From: Sutterella sp. UBA4713
GTDB taxonomy: Bacteria > Pseudomonadota > Gammaproteobacteria > Burkholderiales > Burkholderiaceae_F
Assembly: GCA_002404465.1 (NCBI GenBank)
Contig: DHJT01000028.1
Location: 14,712-78,711, forward strand
Direction of reading: 5' to 3'
Length of the DNA: 64,000 nt
Shown here: piece after piece, positions 33,729 to 43,159 of the stretch
Layout: each line of letters begins with the position of its first letter
How positions within the stretch are numbered: the first letter of the stretch is position 1
Notes under the pieces: model-generated
The model's database searches: none
Told to the model about the DNA's origin: nothing
What the model saw: the letters and a program-made list of their open reading frames with translations, nothing else
Position numbers and translations under genes: made by a program

Positions 33729-34097
33729 ATGGCGTTATTAGAGTTTCGTTCAAAAGCGGCGGCAGGGTTTTTTCTGTTGCCGGCGACATTTCGTGAAATC
33801 TGCAAAGTTCTTGGTCGCCCGTTTACCCAGAGCGGTAGCTGGACGGCTGATGAATTGCCGCAAATTCTGGATGTACTCGAGAAAGAAGTCTCAAGTGAAA
33901 AGCAGAGGCTTGCCGAACAAGAGGCGGTTTTACGCGAAAAAGAGGCGAGCGGCAGGGGCTACTTGACAGAACATGAAGAGGAGTTGCGTCAACAGCACGA
34001 GAATTTTGTTAGCTTCGGAATGCGTACAGTACCGCTTCGTGAGATGCTGCGTGCGGCGATTGATAAACAAGTACCGGTCATGTGGGGTATCCCCTAA
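33729..34097 (+). CDS. DUF1840 family protein
   Basis: LEFRSKAAA N-terminus and VSFGMRTVPLREMLRAA...VMWG C-terminus typical of this family. Confidence 0.8.
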   Translation: MALLEFRSKAAAGFFLLPATFREICKVLGRPFTQSGSWTADELPQILDVLEKEVSSEKQRLAEQEAVLREKEASGRGYLTEHEEELRQQHENFVSFGMRTVPLREMLRAAIDKQVPVMWGIP

Positions 34098-34124
34098 CGT
34101 TGCTCAGTCAGGTCGATTCAATCG

Positions 34125-35669
34125 TTAAACGCGCCAGAAATCCCGAGTGAAGATAACAAAGACCGTGACGATTTCCAAACGACCGATTAGCATGCAAGAA
34201 GTGCATAGCCAGAGTTGAACGGTTGACAGCGTTCCGTAATTGACGGCAGGGCCGACTTTTTCCAGTCCCGGTCCCGTATTGGTCAGACATGCAAATACGG
34301 CAGAGAATGCCGAAGCGACATCTAGGCCGGAGGCAATGAGAAGAACGCTGGCCGTTAGCAGGGTTGCTACCCATAAAACAATAAAGTTCAGAACCATGAA
34401 GACAATCGGGTCGGGAATCGTGACTCGATTAATGCGCAACGGGATCACGGCATTTGGGTGTAAGGTTTGCAAAAAACCTCGGGAAAGTTGCTTGGTGAGG
34501 ATAAGTGCCCGTAGCATCTTGATGCCGCCGCCGATGCTTCCTGAGCATGTGGAAAATGCAGCCAAACACAGCATAATGACACAGGCTGTCACCGGCCAGT
34601 GATTGTAGTCAGTGCTGGAAAATCCGGTTGTGGAAGCAATACTGATAACGTTAAACAAGGCAAATAGAAAGGTGTCACCGACCGAATCGTACACGGCATT
34701 GATTGTCAGAACGATAAAAACAGTAAGCACGCCTATAGCAAGCACAAAAAGCCACGCCCTGGCCTCTGGATCTTGTGCGTAAAGAAGAAGGGATCTTTTT
34801 TTCCAAGCGAGAAAGTGTAGCGAAAAACTGATTCCGCTTAGGAACATAAAAAGAATACAGACCAAATTGATGGTGTTATCGGACCAGAAAGCAAAACTTG
34901 TGTCATGTGAGGAAAATCCACCGAGACTAACGGTCGAAAAGGCATGAACAAGCGCGTCGAACCCGGTCATTCCGGCGAGTTTGTAACCGAGAAAGCACGC
35001 CAGACTCAGTGCGACATAAATCCACCAAAGGCCTTTGACCGTACTGGCAATTCGAGGAGTTAGTTTTGTTGCTTCAATGGTTGAACCGATTTCCGCGTTG
35101 GTCACGGAAGATTTGTTGGTTCCGATTCCGAAAAGCGGAGAAATTGAAGGCGCAGATTGGCACAAGGTCACAAAACGAAAAAGTTGAGAGCCGCCGACTC
35201 CCATAAGCGGCAATAGGGCAATTGCGAGAACGAGGATTCCCATGCCGCCGAGCCAGCTGAGCAGACACCGCCAAAAGTTAATCGATTCGGGGAGGTTTTC
35301 GACGGAAAACGCAGTTGCGCAGGTTGTTGTAATACCGCTCATTGATTCAAAGTAGGCTTGCGAAAAGGAGACATCCTGCAAGGTCATAAGCGGGACAGCG
35401 GCAAAAATCGGCAAAACGGACCAAAGAAGCGTGGCAAGCAAAAAACCGTCGCGAGGCAAAAGATCGCGTTTATCTTGTCGCGTCAAAGCAATCAGGATAA
35501 GCGCTCCGCAGGAGGTGACGATGGCACCGAGAAAGAAGCCGAAGCCCGCTCCGTCCTGAAAAAATACAGAAACGGCCAATCCGATTAAATGAACACAAGA
35601 AAAGAGTAACAAAATGGTTCCGATGATGTTGAGAACCGGGAAAAGTAAATAACGGAGTCTGGCAAGCAT
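34125..35669 (-). CDS. trkH: Trk K+ uptake channel TrkH (with a 26-aa insertion)
   Basis: YFESMSG, WLGGMGILVL, TKLTPRIA, SLGGFS, STTGF, GSIGGGIK, GPGL, IGRLEI. Confidence 0.95.
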   Translation of the reverse strand: MLARLRYLLFPVLNIIGTILLLFSCVHLIGLAVSVFFQDGAGFGFFLGAIVTSCGALILIALTRQDKRDLLPRDGFLLATLLWSVLPIFAAVPLMTLQDVSFSQAYFESMSGITTTCATAFSVENLPESINFWRCLLSWLGGMGILVLAIALLPLMGVGGSQLFRFVTLCQSAPSISPLFGIGTNKSSVTNAEIGSTIEATKLTPRIASTVKGLWWIYVALSLACFLGYKLAGMTGFDALVHAFSTVSLGGFSSHDTSFAFWSDNTINLVCILFMFLSGISFSLHFLAWKKRSLLLYAQDPEARAWLFVLAIGVLTVFIVLTINAVYDSVGDTFLFALFNVISIASTTGFSSTDYNHWPVTACVIMLCLAAFSTCSGSIGGGIKMLRALILTKQLSRGFLQTLHPNAVIPLRINRVTIPDPIVFMVLNFIVLWVATLLTASVLLIASGLDVASAFSAVFACLTNTGPGLEKVGPAVNYGTLSTVQLWLCTSCMLIGRLEIVTVFVIFTRDFWRV

Positions 35670-35677
35670 TGGTACAG

Positions 35678-37054
35678 TCAGAAGAATCCGACATCGACTG
35701 CAAACAGGGCCTCAATCTTAGGCATTAGCTGTTTGTCAGCAGAGAAAACAATCACTCGATCACCGGCTTGGATTACAAAATCGGCGGTTGCGGAAAAAAA
35801 ATCGGTACCACGAACAACGGCGCAGATGCCCGATCCCTTGGGTAACTTGATGGAGCCAATCGGCTTTCCGATTACACGGGATGCTCCTTGTGTGCCGTGC
35901 GCAATAACCTCAAGCACTTCGGAGGCGGCATCGTGTACACCGTGCACGGCTACAACATCGCCACGGCGAACGTACTGCATGAGTTCGCTTAAAGTGACGC
36001 GCGTTTTGGAAATAATAATGTCGATACTTGTGTCCCTAACTAAGTCGGCAAAGGTCTGGTTATCAACGAGAGCGATCGAGCGTTTTGCTCCGAGACGCTT
36101 GGCCAAAAGAGCACTCATGATGTTGCCGTCATCGTGTTTGCTCAAGCTGATAAATAGGTCACATGTGTCAATGTCGACATTGGAAAGATCTTCTTGTTGC
36201 AGATACGAGCCCTTGACTAAAAGAACCTGGTCGGGGAGCTGTTCGGCAATGTCCCGAGCCTTTGTTTCATCTTGTTCAAGGATCTTAATATTGTAGGCAT
36301 TGCGATTTTCAAGCCCTGTCACAAGGCGAAGCGCCATATCGGCATCGCCGGCAATGACAAGATTTTTATTGCGATTTTCTTTCGGATGAATACAAGCAAT
36401 AAGAGAGTCAGCTTTCTCTTTGCGAACGAGAACTAAAAGTTCATCGCCAACTGCAAGGGGTTTTTGACGGTCGAGGGATTGATCTTCGTGGAATGCTGCT
36501 ACAAAGGCGGCTTGGTGTTTCTCTAAAATCGGGCGGACTTGCTCGCCTGTTTGCCCGACGCACTCGCTTTCTTGACCGACATCAAGAGTCATCAGGTAAA
36601 GAGCACCTTGAGCCAAATCAATAACCTGGGATGCCTGTGGAAATTCGATTAAGCGAAGCAAGGCATCGGTTAGGGCTTGCTCGGGCCAAATTGTGCTTGT
36701 GATGTGAAATCCGGCATCTCCGAGCAAATCGGGGTAATTACTTAGCTCGTTACGACGAACTCGTGCAATGCGGGTCGGGACGTTAAAAAGTTCGGCAGCG
36801 AGCAGACAAGCCACTAAATTGGTTTCGTCGCTTGCCGTTACGGCAATCACGATGTCAGCATCTTCAATGCCGGCCTCGCGCAATACAGCGGGACTGGCCG
36901 CATCTCCGACGATGCCACGCAGGTCCAAATGACGTTGCAGTTGTAAGACCCGGCTCTGTTCGATGTCAACGACCGTTATATCGTTAGATTCGCCGACTAA
37001 AGCTTGTGCTACGGCGTCTCCCGTATGTCCGGCTCCGAGAATGAGTACGCGCAT
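35678..37054 (-). CDS. trkA: Trk K+ transport regulatory subunit TrkA
   Basis: ILGAGHTG, AVTASDETN, NIMSALLAKRLGA, RRGDV; two RCK repeats. Confidence 0.95.
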   Translation of the reverse strand: MRVLILGAGHTGDAVAQALVGESNDITVVDIEQSRVLQLQRHLDLRGIVGDAASPAVLREAGIEDADIVIAVTASDETNLVACLLAAELFNVPTRIARVRRNELSNYPDLLGDAGFHITSTIWPEQALTDALLRLIEFPQASQVIDLAQGALYLMTLDVGQESECVGQTGEQVRPILEKHQAAFVAAFHEDQSLDRQKPLAVGDELLVLVRKEKADSLIACIHPKENRNKNLVIAGDADMALRLVTGLENRNAYNIKILEQDETKARDIAEQLPDQVLLVKGSYLQQEDLSNVDIDTCDLFISLSKHDDGNIMSALLAKRLGAKRSIALVDNQTFADLVRDTSIDIIISKTRVTLSELMQYVRRGDVVAVHGVHDAASEVLEVIAHGTQGASRVIGKPIGSIKLPKGSGICAVVRGTDFFSATADFVIQAGDRVIVFSADKQLMPKIEALFAVDVGFF

Positions 37055-37066
37055 GGCTCGGATAAA

Positions 37067-37762
37067 CTATTTATTGTGAGTTATTTTGGTAGTACTCGAA
37101 GGACGAGGAATATCCATGTGAAGAGCTTTGAGTTTACGATACAAGTGCGTTCGCTCAAGACCGGCATGACGCGCTACACGGGTAATTTGATAGTCCTCAT
37201 ATTCAATTAGTTTCGTAAAGTAGGCACGTTCCGTCGCTTCGCGTACATCTCGTAGTGAGGCGTTGAAATCAATTACGATGTCGGTGCCCGGAATGTTAAA
37301 TTTCGGGAGCTCAACAGGAATTTTCGGCTTGGGCGCCACAGAAACAATCGGCGGCAAGTCATTGTCCACGCGATATTTAGCGAAAGCCGTGATGCGATTT
37401 TTCACCTCAATGCCGTGTCGCACGGCATTAAGGAGTTTTTGCATTGAAATCGGTTTTTCCAGAAAAGAGAGTGAACCGAATTTTGTGGCTTCGACGGCAG
37501 TCTCAATTGTGGCGTGACCGCTCATCATGATGACCTGACTGTCAAAATCCTTGTCAGCTTTCCATTCTTTGAGAAGGGAAACGCCGTCCATGTCAGGCAT
37601 CCAAATGTCCAAAAGAATCAAATCAAATTTACTTTGCGCTACTTTTTGTCGTGCGACCTCAGCATTCTCCGCTTCTTCAACGGCATATCCCTCATCCGAG
37701 AGAATCTCCGAAAGAAGATCGCGGATGCCGATTTCATCATCAACAATCAAAATGTTCGCCAT
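37067..37762 (-). CDS. ntrX: NtrX-like response regulator (REC + Fis HTH, no AAA+ domain)
   Basis: ILIVDDEIGIR, LLDIWMPDMDG, MMSGHATIETAV, GLERTHLYRKLK. Confidence 0.88.
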   Translation of the reverse strand: MANILIVDDEIGIRDLLSEILSDEGYAVEEAENAEVARQKVAQSKFDLILLDIWMPDMDGVSLLKEWKADKDFDSQVIMMSGHATIETAVEATKFGSLSFLEKPISMQKLLNAVRHGIEVKNRITAFAKYRVDNDLPPIVSVAPKPKIPVELPKFNIPGTDIVIDFNASLRDVREATERAYFTKLIEYEDYQITRVARHAGLERTHLYRKLKALHMDIPRPSSTTKITHNK

Positions 37763-37985
37763 AGCGCAACACTCTTTGCTTAAAAATACGATTGAATAAA
37801 GCAGCGAAAGCAAATGCGCCTGTCAAAACAAGTGCTACCCCTGCTCCTGTTTCCTTTTGTTTATTGCGTCAATTGTTGCAAATAATATCCGCATTTGAAA
37901 AATCAGGCAATACGCAAAGTGAATCGAAGCTTCTTTTTAGACGGCTTCCTCGGCACTGCTCCAGAGAAAAACGTTGTTTGACATG

Positions 37986-40136
37986 TTACGTGACAACGGG
38001 AAAGACAATCGAGACACGCGCACCCAGGACAGTTTTTCCCTCTCCTTGGATGTTTTCAATTGAGATTTTGGCTTTGTGTTCATCCAGAATCTTTTTGACC
38101 ATCGGGAGTCCCAAGCCAGTCCCAGTGGTTTTTGTCGTGATGTATGGTTCAAAGGCCCTGGCAAGGACGCTCGTTTGAAATCCCGGTCCGTTATCTTCGA
38201 TGGTCATGCGCACAGCCGACGGGGTACCGTCGGAAGAAACGGCTTGCGTGCGGATGCAAATTTTCGGGTTTTTAATGTCGGCACAGGCTTCAATCGAATT
38301 GCCGAGTAGGTTAAAAAGCACCTGCCGAATCTGCGCGGCATCGACCGAAACGGTCGGTAGCGGGTTTTCCAATTCTCGCAATATCCGAATGCCACCGGAA
38401 TGGTAAAACGTAATCATGTCCTCGATTAAGGCATTTAAATCAACGGACTTTAGGCTCGGCGGAGGCAGTTTGGCAAAGTCACGGAAGTCGTTGACCATCT
38501 TTTTCATCGCATCGACCTGATCGATAATTGTGGAGGTTGCTCGACTCAAGAGAGCGGCATCGGCCGGGTCAAGTTTATTTTCCAATTTCATCGAAAGGCG
38601 TTCGGCGGCCAGACGAATCGGAGTTAATGGATTTTTAATTTCATGCGCTAACCGACGAGCCACTTCGTTCCAGGCTTGGGCTTTTTGGGCGTCAATGAGA
38701 GCAGAGACATTGTCAAAAGCAACAACCCAACCGACGGCACCCTCTAATTCCAGACGAGAACCGCGAATGAAAAGCGATACGTCCGGATCGGGACTGCGGG
38801 ACAGTTCAAAGTCAAGATGAAAACTCCCGGTATCGGCAATACGAATCTGATCGACCAGGGCTGCGGCAAGACGCGGCTCGACAACGGCGAGATTATCTCC
38901 TGGATTAACGCGAGAGGGAGCGAGGATGACGTTGGCTGCCGTATTCACAAGCAACACGGCAAGAGAGGAATCCAAAAGCAATACACCGGCAGAAATGTTC
39001 GACAGAACGCTGGCTAAGTAGGCGCGCGATCGCTCGGTTGCCAGTCGTTGTTTTTCTGCGCTTTTTTGTGCCTCGGCAATCTGAGAGACCATGGAGTTAA
39101 ACGATTTGGTAAGTTCGTTCATCTCGTCGTTCCCAAGGAGTTCTCGAATCGGGACGAGATTTCCGTTGGCGACCTTTTTTGTGCCGACGGCAAGCTGTAG
39201 CACAGGCTCTGTCATCGTTCGGGCAAACCAAAGCGCCATGGCAATGGCTGCTAAAAGTGTCAACAACATCGTCAAGGTCAACGTGACGCGGTAAATGGTC
39301 TGTAGTGATGCGCGTGTCAGTGTCAACTCTTGGTAGTCGCGAAAGCCTTCGACAAGACCGCGAGCGCCCTGGGCGAATTTAATCGGGACCGTATTGGAAA
39401 ACTGCAGAAAGCAGTTGTTTTCCAATGTTCGATTCGGATAAATCGGGACAAGAGTTCGAATGCGCATCGGATCGTCAGGCGTGGAGGATTCCCCTTCAAG
39501 AAGAGAGAAGCCCTTTTTCTCCAAGGAGTCGACCATATCGGTCACTAACGGCATGTCAATCTTGACTTGGGCATCCGGAGCAATTGACGAATGCGAGATA
39601 TTTCCTTGAGGCTGGAAAATGAGTGCGACTTCCGATTCGAAATCTTCGCGTAGCTTTTCGATTCCAGCATCCCACTGGTTTTCCGGTAACTCAGAAAGGC
39701 TTAAGGCAGCTCGACGGGCAAAGAAAAGGAGTCTGCCGCGTTCGTTTTCCAAAATGTCACTGGAAAGTGTGATGCCGTCTTCGAGGGCTCGCTCAATTCG
39801 AGCATCGAACCAAGAGTCAATCGATCGGCCGATAAATTGAGCTGAGACCAAATACAGTAACATACAAGGAACAAAAGCGATGGAAGCAATCGTCAATGCG
39901 AGCTTAGCCGTCATGCGCGATCCGAAATCGTTGTGACGCCAGTTTAGATACAGCTTAAAACTTAGCCGCAAGACAACAATCAAAAGGATCAGAGTTGTCA
40001 GGGTGTTAAGCGCAATGAGCGCCGGAAAGAAACGTCCGAGACGCGTTGATGCCGCACCGCCGGCAACGGCATAAATCAACAAAAAAACGCCGGCTGCCAC
40101 GATGCCGAAGAACCCAATGCGTAGCCAGCGTTGCAT
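37986..40136 (-). CDS. ntrY: NtrY-like sensor histidine kinase (HAMP-PAS-HisKA-HATPase)
   Basis: SIDSWFD, WNEVARRLAHEIKNPLTPI, DNGPGF, PYITTK, GTGLGL. Confidence 0.9.
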   Translation of the reverse strand: MQRWLRIGFFGIVAAGVFLLIYAVAGGAASTRLGRFFPALIALNTLTTLILLIVVLRLSFKLYLNWRHNDFGSRMTAKLALTIASIAFVPCMLLYLVSAQFIGRSIDSWFDARIERALEDGITLSSDILENERGRLLFFARRAALSLSELPENQWDAGIEKLREDFESEVALIFQPQGNISHSSIAPDAQVKIDMPLVTDMVDSLEKKGFSLLEGESSTPDDPMRIRTLVPIYPNRTLENNCFLQFSNTVPIKFAQGARGLVEGFRDYQELTLTRASLQTIYRVTLTLTMLLTLLAAIAMALWFARTMTEPVLQLAVGTKKVANGNLVPIRELLGNDEMNELTKSFNSMVSQIAEAQKSAEKQRLATERSRAYLASVLSNISAGVLLLDSSLAVLLVNTAANVILAPSRVNPGDNLAVVEPRLAAALVDQIRIADTGSFHLDFELSRSPDPDVSLFIRGSRLELEGAVGWVVAFDNVSALIDAQKAQAWNEVARRLAHEIKNPLTPIRLAAERLSMKLENKLDPADAALLSRATSTIIDQVDAMKKMVNDFRDFAKLPPPSLKSVDLNALIEDMITFYHSGGIRILRELENPLPTVSVDAAQIRQVLFNLLGNSIEACADIKNPKICIRTQAVSSDGTPSAVRMTIEDNGPGFQTSVLARAFEPYITTKTTGTGLGLPMVKKILDEHKAKISIENIQGEGKTVLGARVSIVFPVVT

Positions 40137-40147
40137 AGTCTGTCCTT

Positions 40148-40741
40148 CTAGTTGGAGTCGAGGGCCTTTGTTAGGACGATGTTTTGCCAATCGCTTTCAA
40201 GAGCCCAGTCTGAGTTGCCGCCGATTGTAACTTGCAGGGGCTTAGGCAAGCGAGACAGATCCAGTCGCATTCGCGTCTGCGCCAGAACGTCGGAGTGTCT
40301 GTGAATAGCATCTGCGTCGGCTACAACCCAGCCGCGAACATTTTTCAACAACAAAAGAGCTTGATCCAACGTGTCAAAGGACTGGACAAGACCGTCACGG
40401 GAAAGGCGCAGTTGACGCGACAATGGGCTGTAACTAAGGCGTTGTAACAGAGTGGATGTGATAAGCGTCTTATCAAACCAAAAGGTTCTCGGTTCCAGTA
40501 GTCTGAATTCGTAGGCAAAGTAAAGGGCAATGCCACGTCTTAAGTAGTCGGTTAAAACCGGAGAGAGATCAAATTCCCAATTGACGCTTAGCTGAAGTCC
40601 GGGTAGAGCTCCATCGGTGACTCGAAGAAGTTGCGCGCTCATCAGCTGGATGTCCGACGAATTGGCGCGCACGAATTTTGAGGCCTCCGGTGCAAAAAGC
40701 GCGGCTACAAGCGATGCACACAGCAGGCGTCGAGAGACCAT
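40148..40741 (-). CDS. DUF4390 domain protein
   Basis: GIALYF, LSYSPLSRQ, LDLSRLPKPLQV; usual position between rsmB and ntrY. Confidence 0.85.
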   Translation of the reverse strand: MVSRRLLCASLVAALFAPEASKFVRANSSDIQLMSAQLLRVTDGALPGLQLSVNWEFDLSPVLTDYLRRGIALYFAYEFRLLEPRTFWFDKTLITSTLLQRLSYSPLSRQLRLSRDGLVQSFDTLDQALLLLKNVRGWVVADADAIHRHSDVLAQTRMRLDLSRLPKPLQVTIGGNSDWALESDWQNIVLTKALDSN

Positions 40742-40748
40742 GTTAGGA

Positions 40749-42056
40749 CTACCCTTTTGTTAATAAAGCATAAAAGAAACCGTCTCGGATGCGGGGCAGG
40801 CCGGGTGCGTCCTCTGTGTCCGAATCGCGCGGAAACACGGTCAGTGTCGCCGGCAAACCGTCATTAAGTGGCATGGCATGGGCTTCTTTATGCCGTTTCA
40901 GAAATTCGGCAATTTGCATCGGCCCCTCTTCCTTAAAAACTGAGCATACGACATACAAAAGCCTTCCTCCAAACTTTACCAGCGGCCAAAGTGCTTCCAA
41001 GAGTATCTTTTGTTGTTTTGCTAGCGAAACAATATCGTTCGGTTGTCGCAAGAAGGCGACGTCGGGATGCCTGCGCAAGATACCGCTTGCTGTGCAAGGC
41101 GCATCGAGCAAAACGGCATCGAATCGACAGTCGGGGCCGGTCCAAGTGGCGGGGACGGCCGCGTCGGCTTGCATAACTCGGGCTTTAAGGTGAAGACGCC
41201 GAAGGTTTTCTCGGATGCGTTCAGCGCGTGCCGGGTTGATTTCCAGGGCTAGCACGTCGACATCGGCCAACTCCAGAATGTGACAGGTTTTTCCTCCCGG
41301 TGCTGCACAGGCATCTAAAATTTTCTCTCCGTTTTTGGGGCGTAACCACCTGGCTGCCAGTTGCGCTCCGGCATCTTGCACACTAACAAGCCCTTCGTTA
41401 AACCCCGGGATGTCATCGACATTGCAAGCCTTATCGATAACGACGCCGTCCAGTCCGACTGGGCTGCTTTGTATTTCTTTTAATCGGGCAAGATCACACC
41501 ATGCTTGTGGTGTGATCTTGCGTCGGTTGACTCGCAAAACAAGTCGCGGAGGAATTTGGGCTATTTTCAAGAGATCTTCTGCGCACGTATTTCCCAAATC
41601 CTTGGAAAGTTTCCGGGAAAACCACTCCGGGACATTGAGTCGGACTATCGAATTTTTCATCGCTTCGGCGACAAGATTTTCGCTTTCTCTGCAAAAGCGG
41701 CGTAAGCAGGCGTTGACAAAACGTGTTGCACAACCCGTTTTTCGACCGGCCTTGACAAAATCGACCGTTTCGTTGACTAAGGCAAAGCGCTTGGTCGGAT
41801 TAAGCAACATCTCGCTTAAGGCAATCATTAGGATACGGCGTATGTCATCGGCAGGAGGGCGGTTTGTCAGAAACTGAACCAGACAGTCGCAAAGGAAATA
41901 GTGACGCGTCAGGTCATATAAAACAGCTTGCAAAGTCGGGCGCATCCGGCGTTCCGATATTGCCGCAACAATGGCGAAGTCAAGGGACTTCCCGGACTCA
42001 AAAAAAGACAGAGCGTCAAGTGCCGGGCCGAGCAGACGACCGAAGGGAACGGTCAT
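40749..42056 (-). CDS. rsmB: 16S rRNA m5C967 methyltransferase
   Basis: VSVQDAGAQ, LDACAAPGGKT, LLDAPCTASGILRRHPD, DGFFYA. Confidence 0.95.
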   Translation of the reverse strand: MTVPFGRLLGPALDALSFFESGKSLDFAIVAAISERRMRPTLQAVLYDLTRHYFLCDCLVQFLTNRPPADDIRRILMIALSEMLLNPTKRFALVNETVDFVKAGRKTGCATRFVNACLRRFCRESENLVAEAMKNSIVRLNVPEWFSRKLSKDLGNTCAEDLLKIAQIPPRLVLRVNRRKITPQAWCDLARLKEIQSSPVGLDGVVIDKACNVDDIPGFNEGLVSVQDAGAQLAARWLRPKNGEKILDACAAPGGKTCHILELADVDVLALEINPARAERIRENLRRLHLKARVMQADAAVPATWTGPDCRFDAVLLDAPCTASGILRRHPDVAFLRQPNDIVSLAKQQKILLEALWPLVKFGGRLLYVVCSVFKEEGPMQIAEFLKRHKEAHAMPLNDGLPATLTVFPRDSDTEDAPGLPRIRDGFFYALLTKG

Positions 42057-43009
42057 TTCAAAACCTCTCCTTGTTGTAAGGGGAACGATTGCAAAAAGGC
42101 AGAGGTATCCATAACGGCTTTGCCGCTTTTTTGCAGACGTAGGCATTCGACAGCGCCGTCGGCACATGCAACAACCAGGCGTTTTTTTGCACAAAGCACC
42201 TGGCCGGGAATTCCTTTCCCTTCAAAGGGGCGCATGGCCCAAATCTTAAATATCTCGCCGTGTGCTGTAGTTCTTAGTCCCGGGAACGGGAAAAATGCTC
42301 GGCAACGTCGATCAAGGCAGGCAACAGATTGATTCCAGTCGATGTCCGACTCTGTTTTGAGAATCTTTCGGGCATAAGTTGCTTTCGTATCGTCTTGCGC
42401 AGTGGCAACGAGGGTGTCGGCATTCTCTAACGCTTGAACAATCGCTTGCGCCCCCAGATCCGTTAGCTTTTGTGTCAGGGATGCTGCCGTATCAGACGGT
42501 GTTATCGGTATGGATTTGGCGAGTAAAACCGGGCCGGTATCCAGACCTTTTTCCATTTTCATAATAGAGATTCCGGTTTCGGTATCTCCGGCTTCAATAG
42601 CTCGCTGGATAGGAGCTGCGCCGCGCCAGCGAGGCAGAAGCGAAGCGTGGATATTGACAGCAGACAAGAAGCGATTTTGCCCGATGCCACGAGCGGCCGT
42701 AAGCGCTTTTTCCGGCAAGATCAACCCGTAGGCAGCAACGACGAGTACATCGGCTTTGACGCTTTGTAGAAGACTGAGTGCCTGAGTGGCTTCGGCCGGA
42801 GCTTTGCGAATGGAAAGTGTTTCAGGGGAGATGACCTTGATGCCGTGCTCAAGAGCGATTTCTTTGACGGGGGAGGCCTTCAGCCTCATACCGCGACCGC
42901 TTGGCCTGTCCGGTTGGGTTAGGACGAGAGCAATGTCATGTCCTGCATGAATCAGAGCGCTAAGTGCCTCGGCAGCAAAACTCGGTGTTCCGGCGAAAGT
43001 GATGCGCAT
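42053..43009 (-). CDS. fmt: methionyl-tRNA formyltransferase
   Basis: FAGTPSFA, TQPDRPSGRG, VVAAYGLILP, NIHASLLPRWRGAAPIQRAI. Confidence 0.97.
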   Translation of the reverse strand: MRITFAGTPSFAAEALSALIHAGHDIALVLTQPDRPSGRGMRLKASPVKEIALEHGIKVISPETLSIRKAPAEATQALSLLQSVKADVLVVAAYGLILPEKALTAARGIGQNRFLSAVNIHASLLPRWRGAAPIQRAIEAGDTETGISIMKMEKGLDTGPVLLAKSIPITPSDTAASLTQKLTDLGAQAIVQALENADTLVATAQDDTKATYARKILKTESDIDWNQSVACLDRRCRAFFPFPGLRTTAHGEIFKIWAMRPFEGKGIPGQVLCAKKRLVVACADGAVECLRLQKSGKAVMDTSAFLQSFPLQQGEVLK

Positions 43010-43159
43010 AAAAAAGACCTCTGCTACCAATATAATAAGAGCAGACGGCATTTTAGCAATCAGGTCCAATAGCATCGACTCACAGTTGCACCCCCTAAAA
43101 ACACTTCATGCGCAGTGTTGTACACAAGTGCCGGCCGCAGTAAAACGTAAAGGTTTCAG

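Noticed and set aside
35097..35174. trkH insert as an intein, self-splicing intron or MITE
   Set aside because: Far too short for an intein, no C/S...HN|C/S/T ends, no terminal inverted repeats or target-site duplication, and no second copy noticed in the window.
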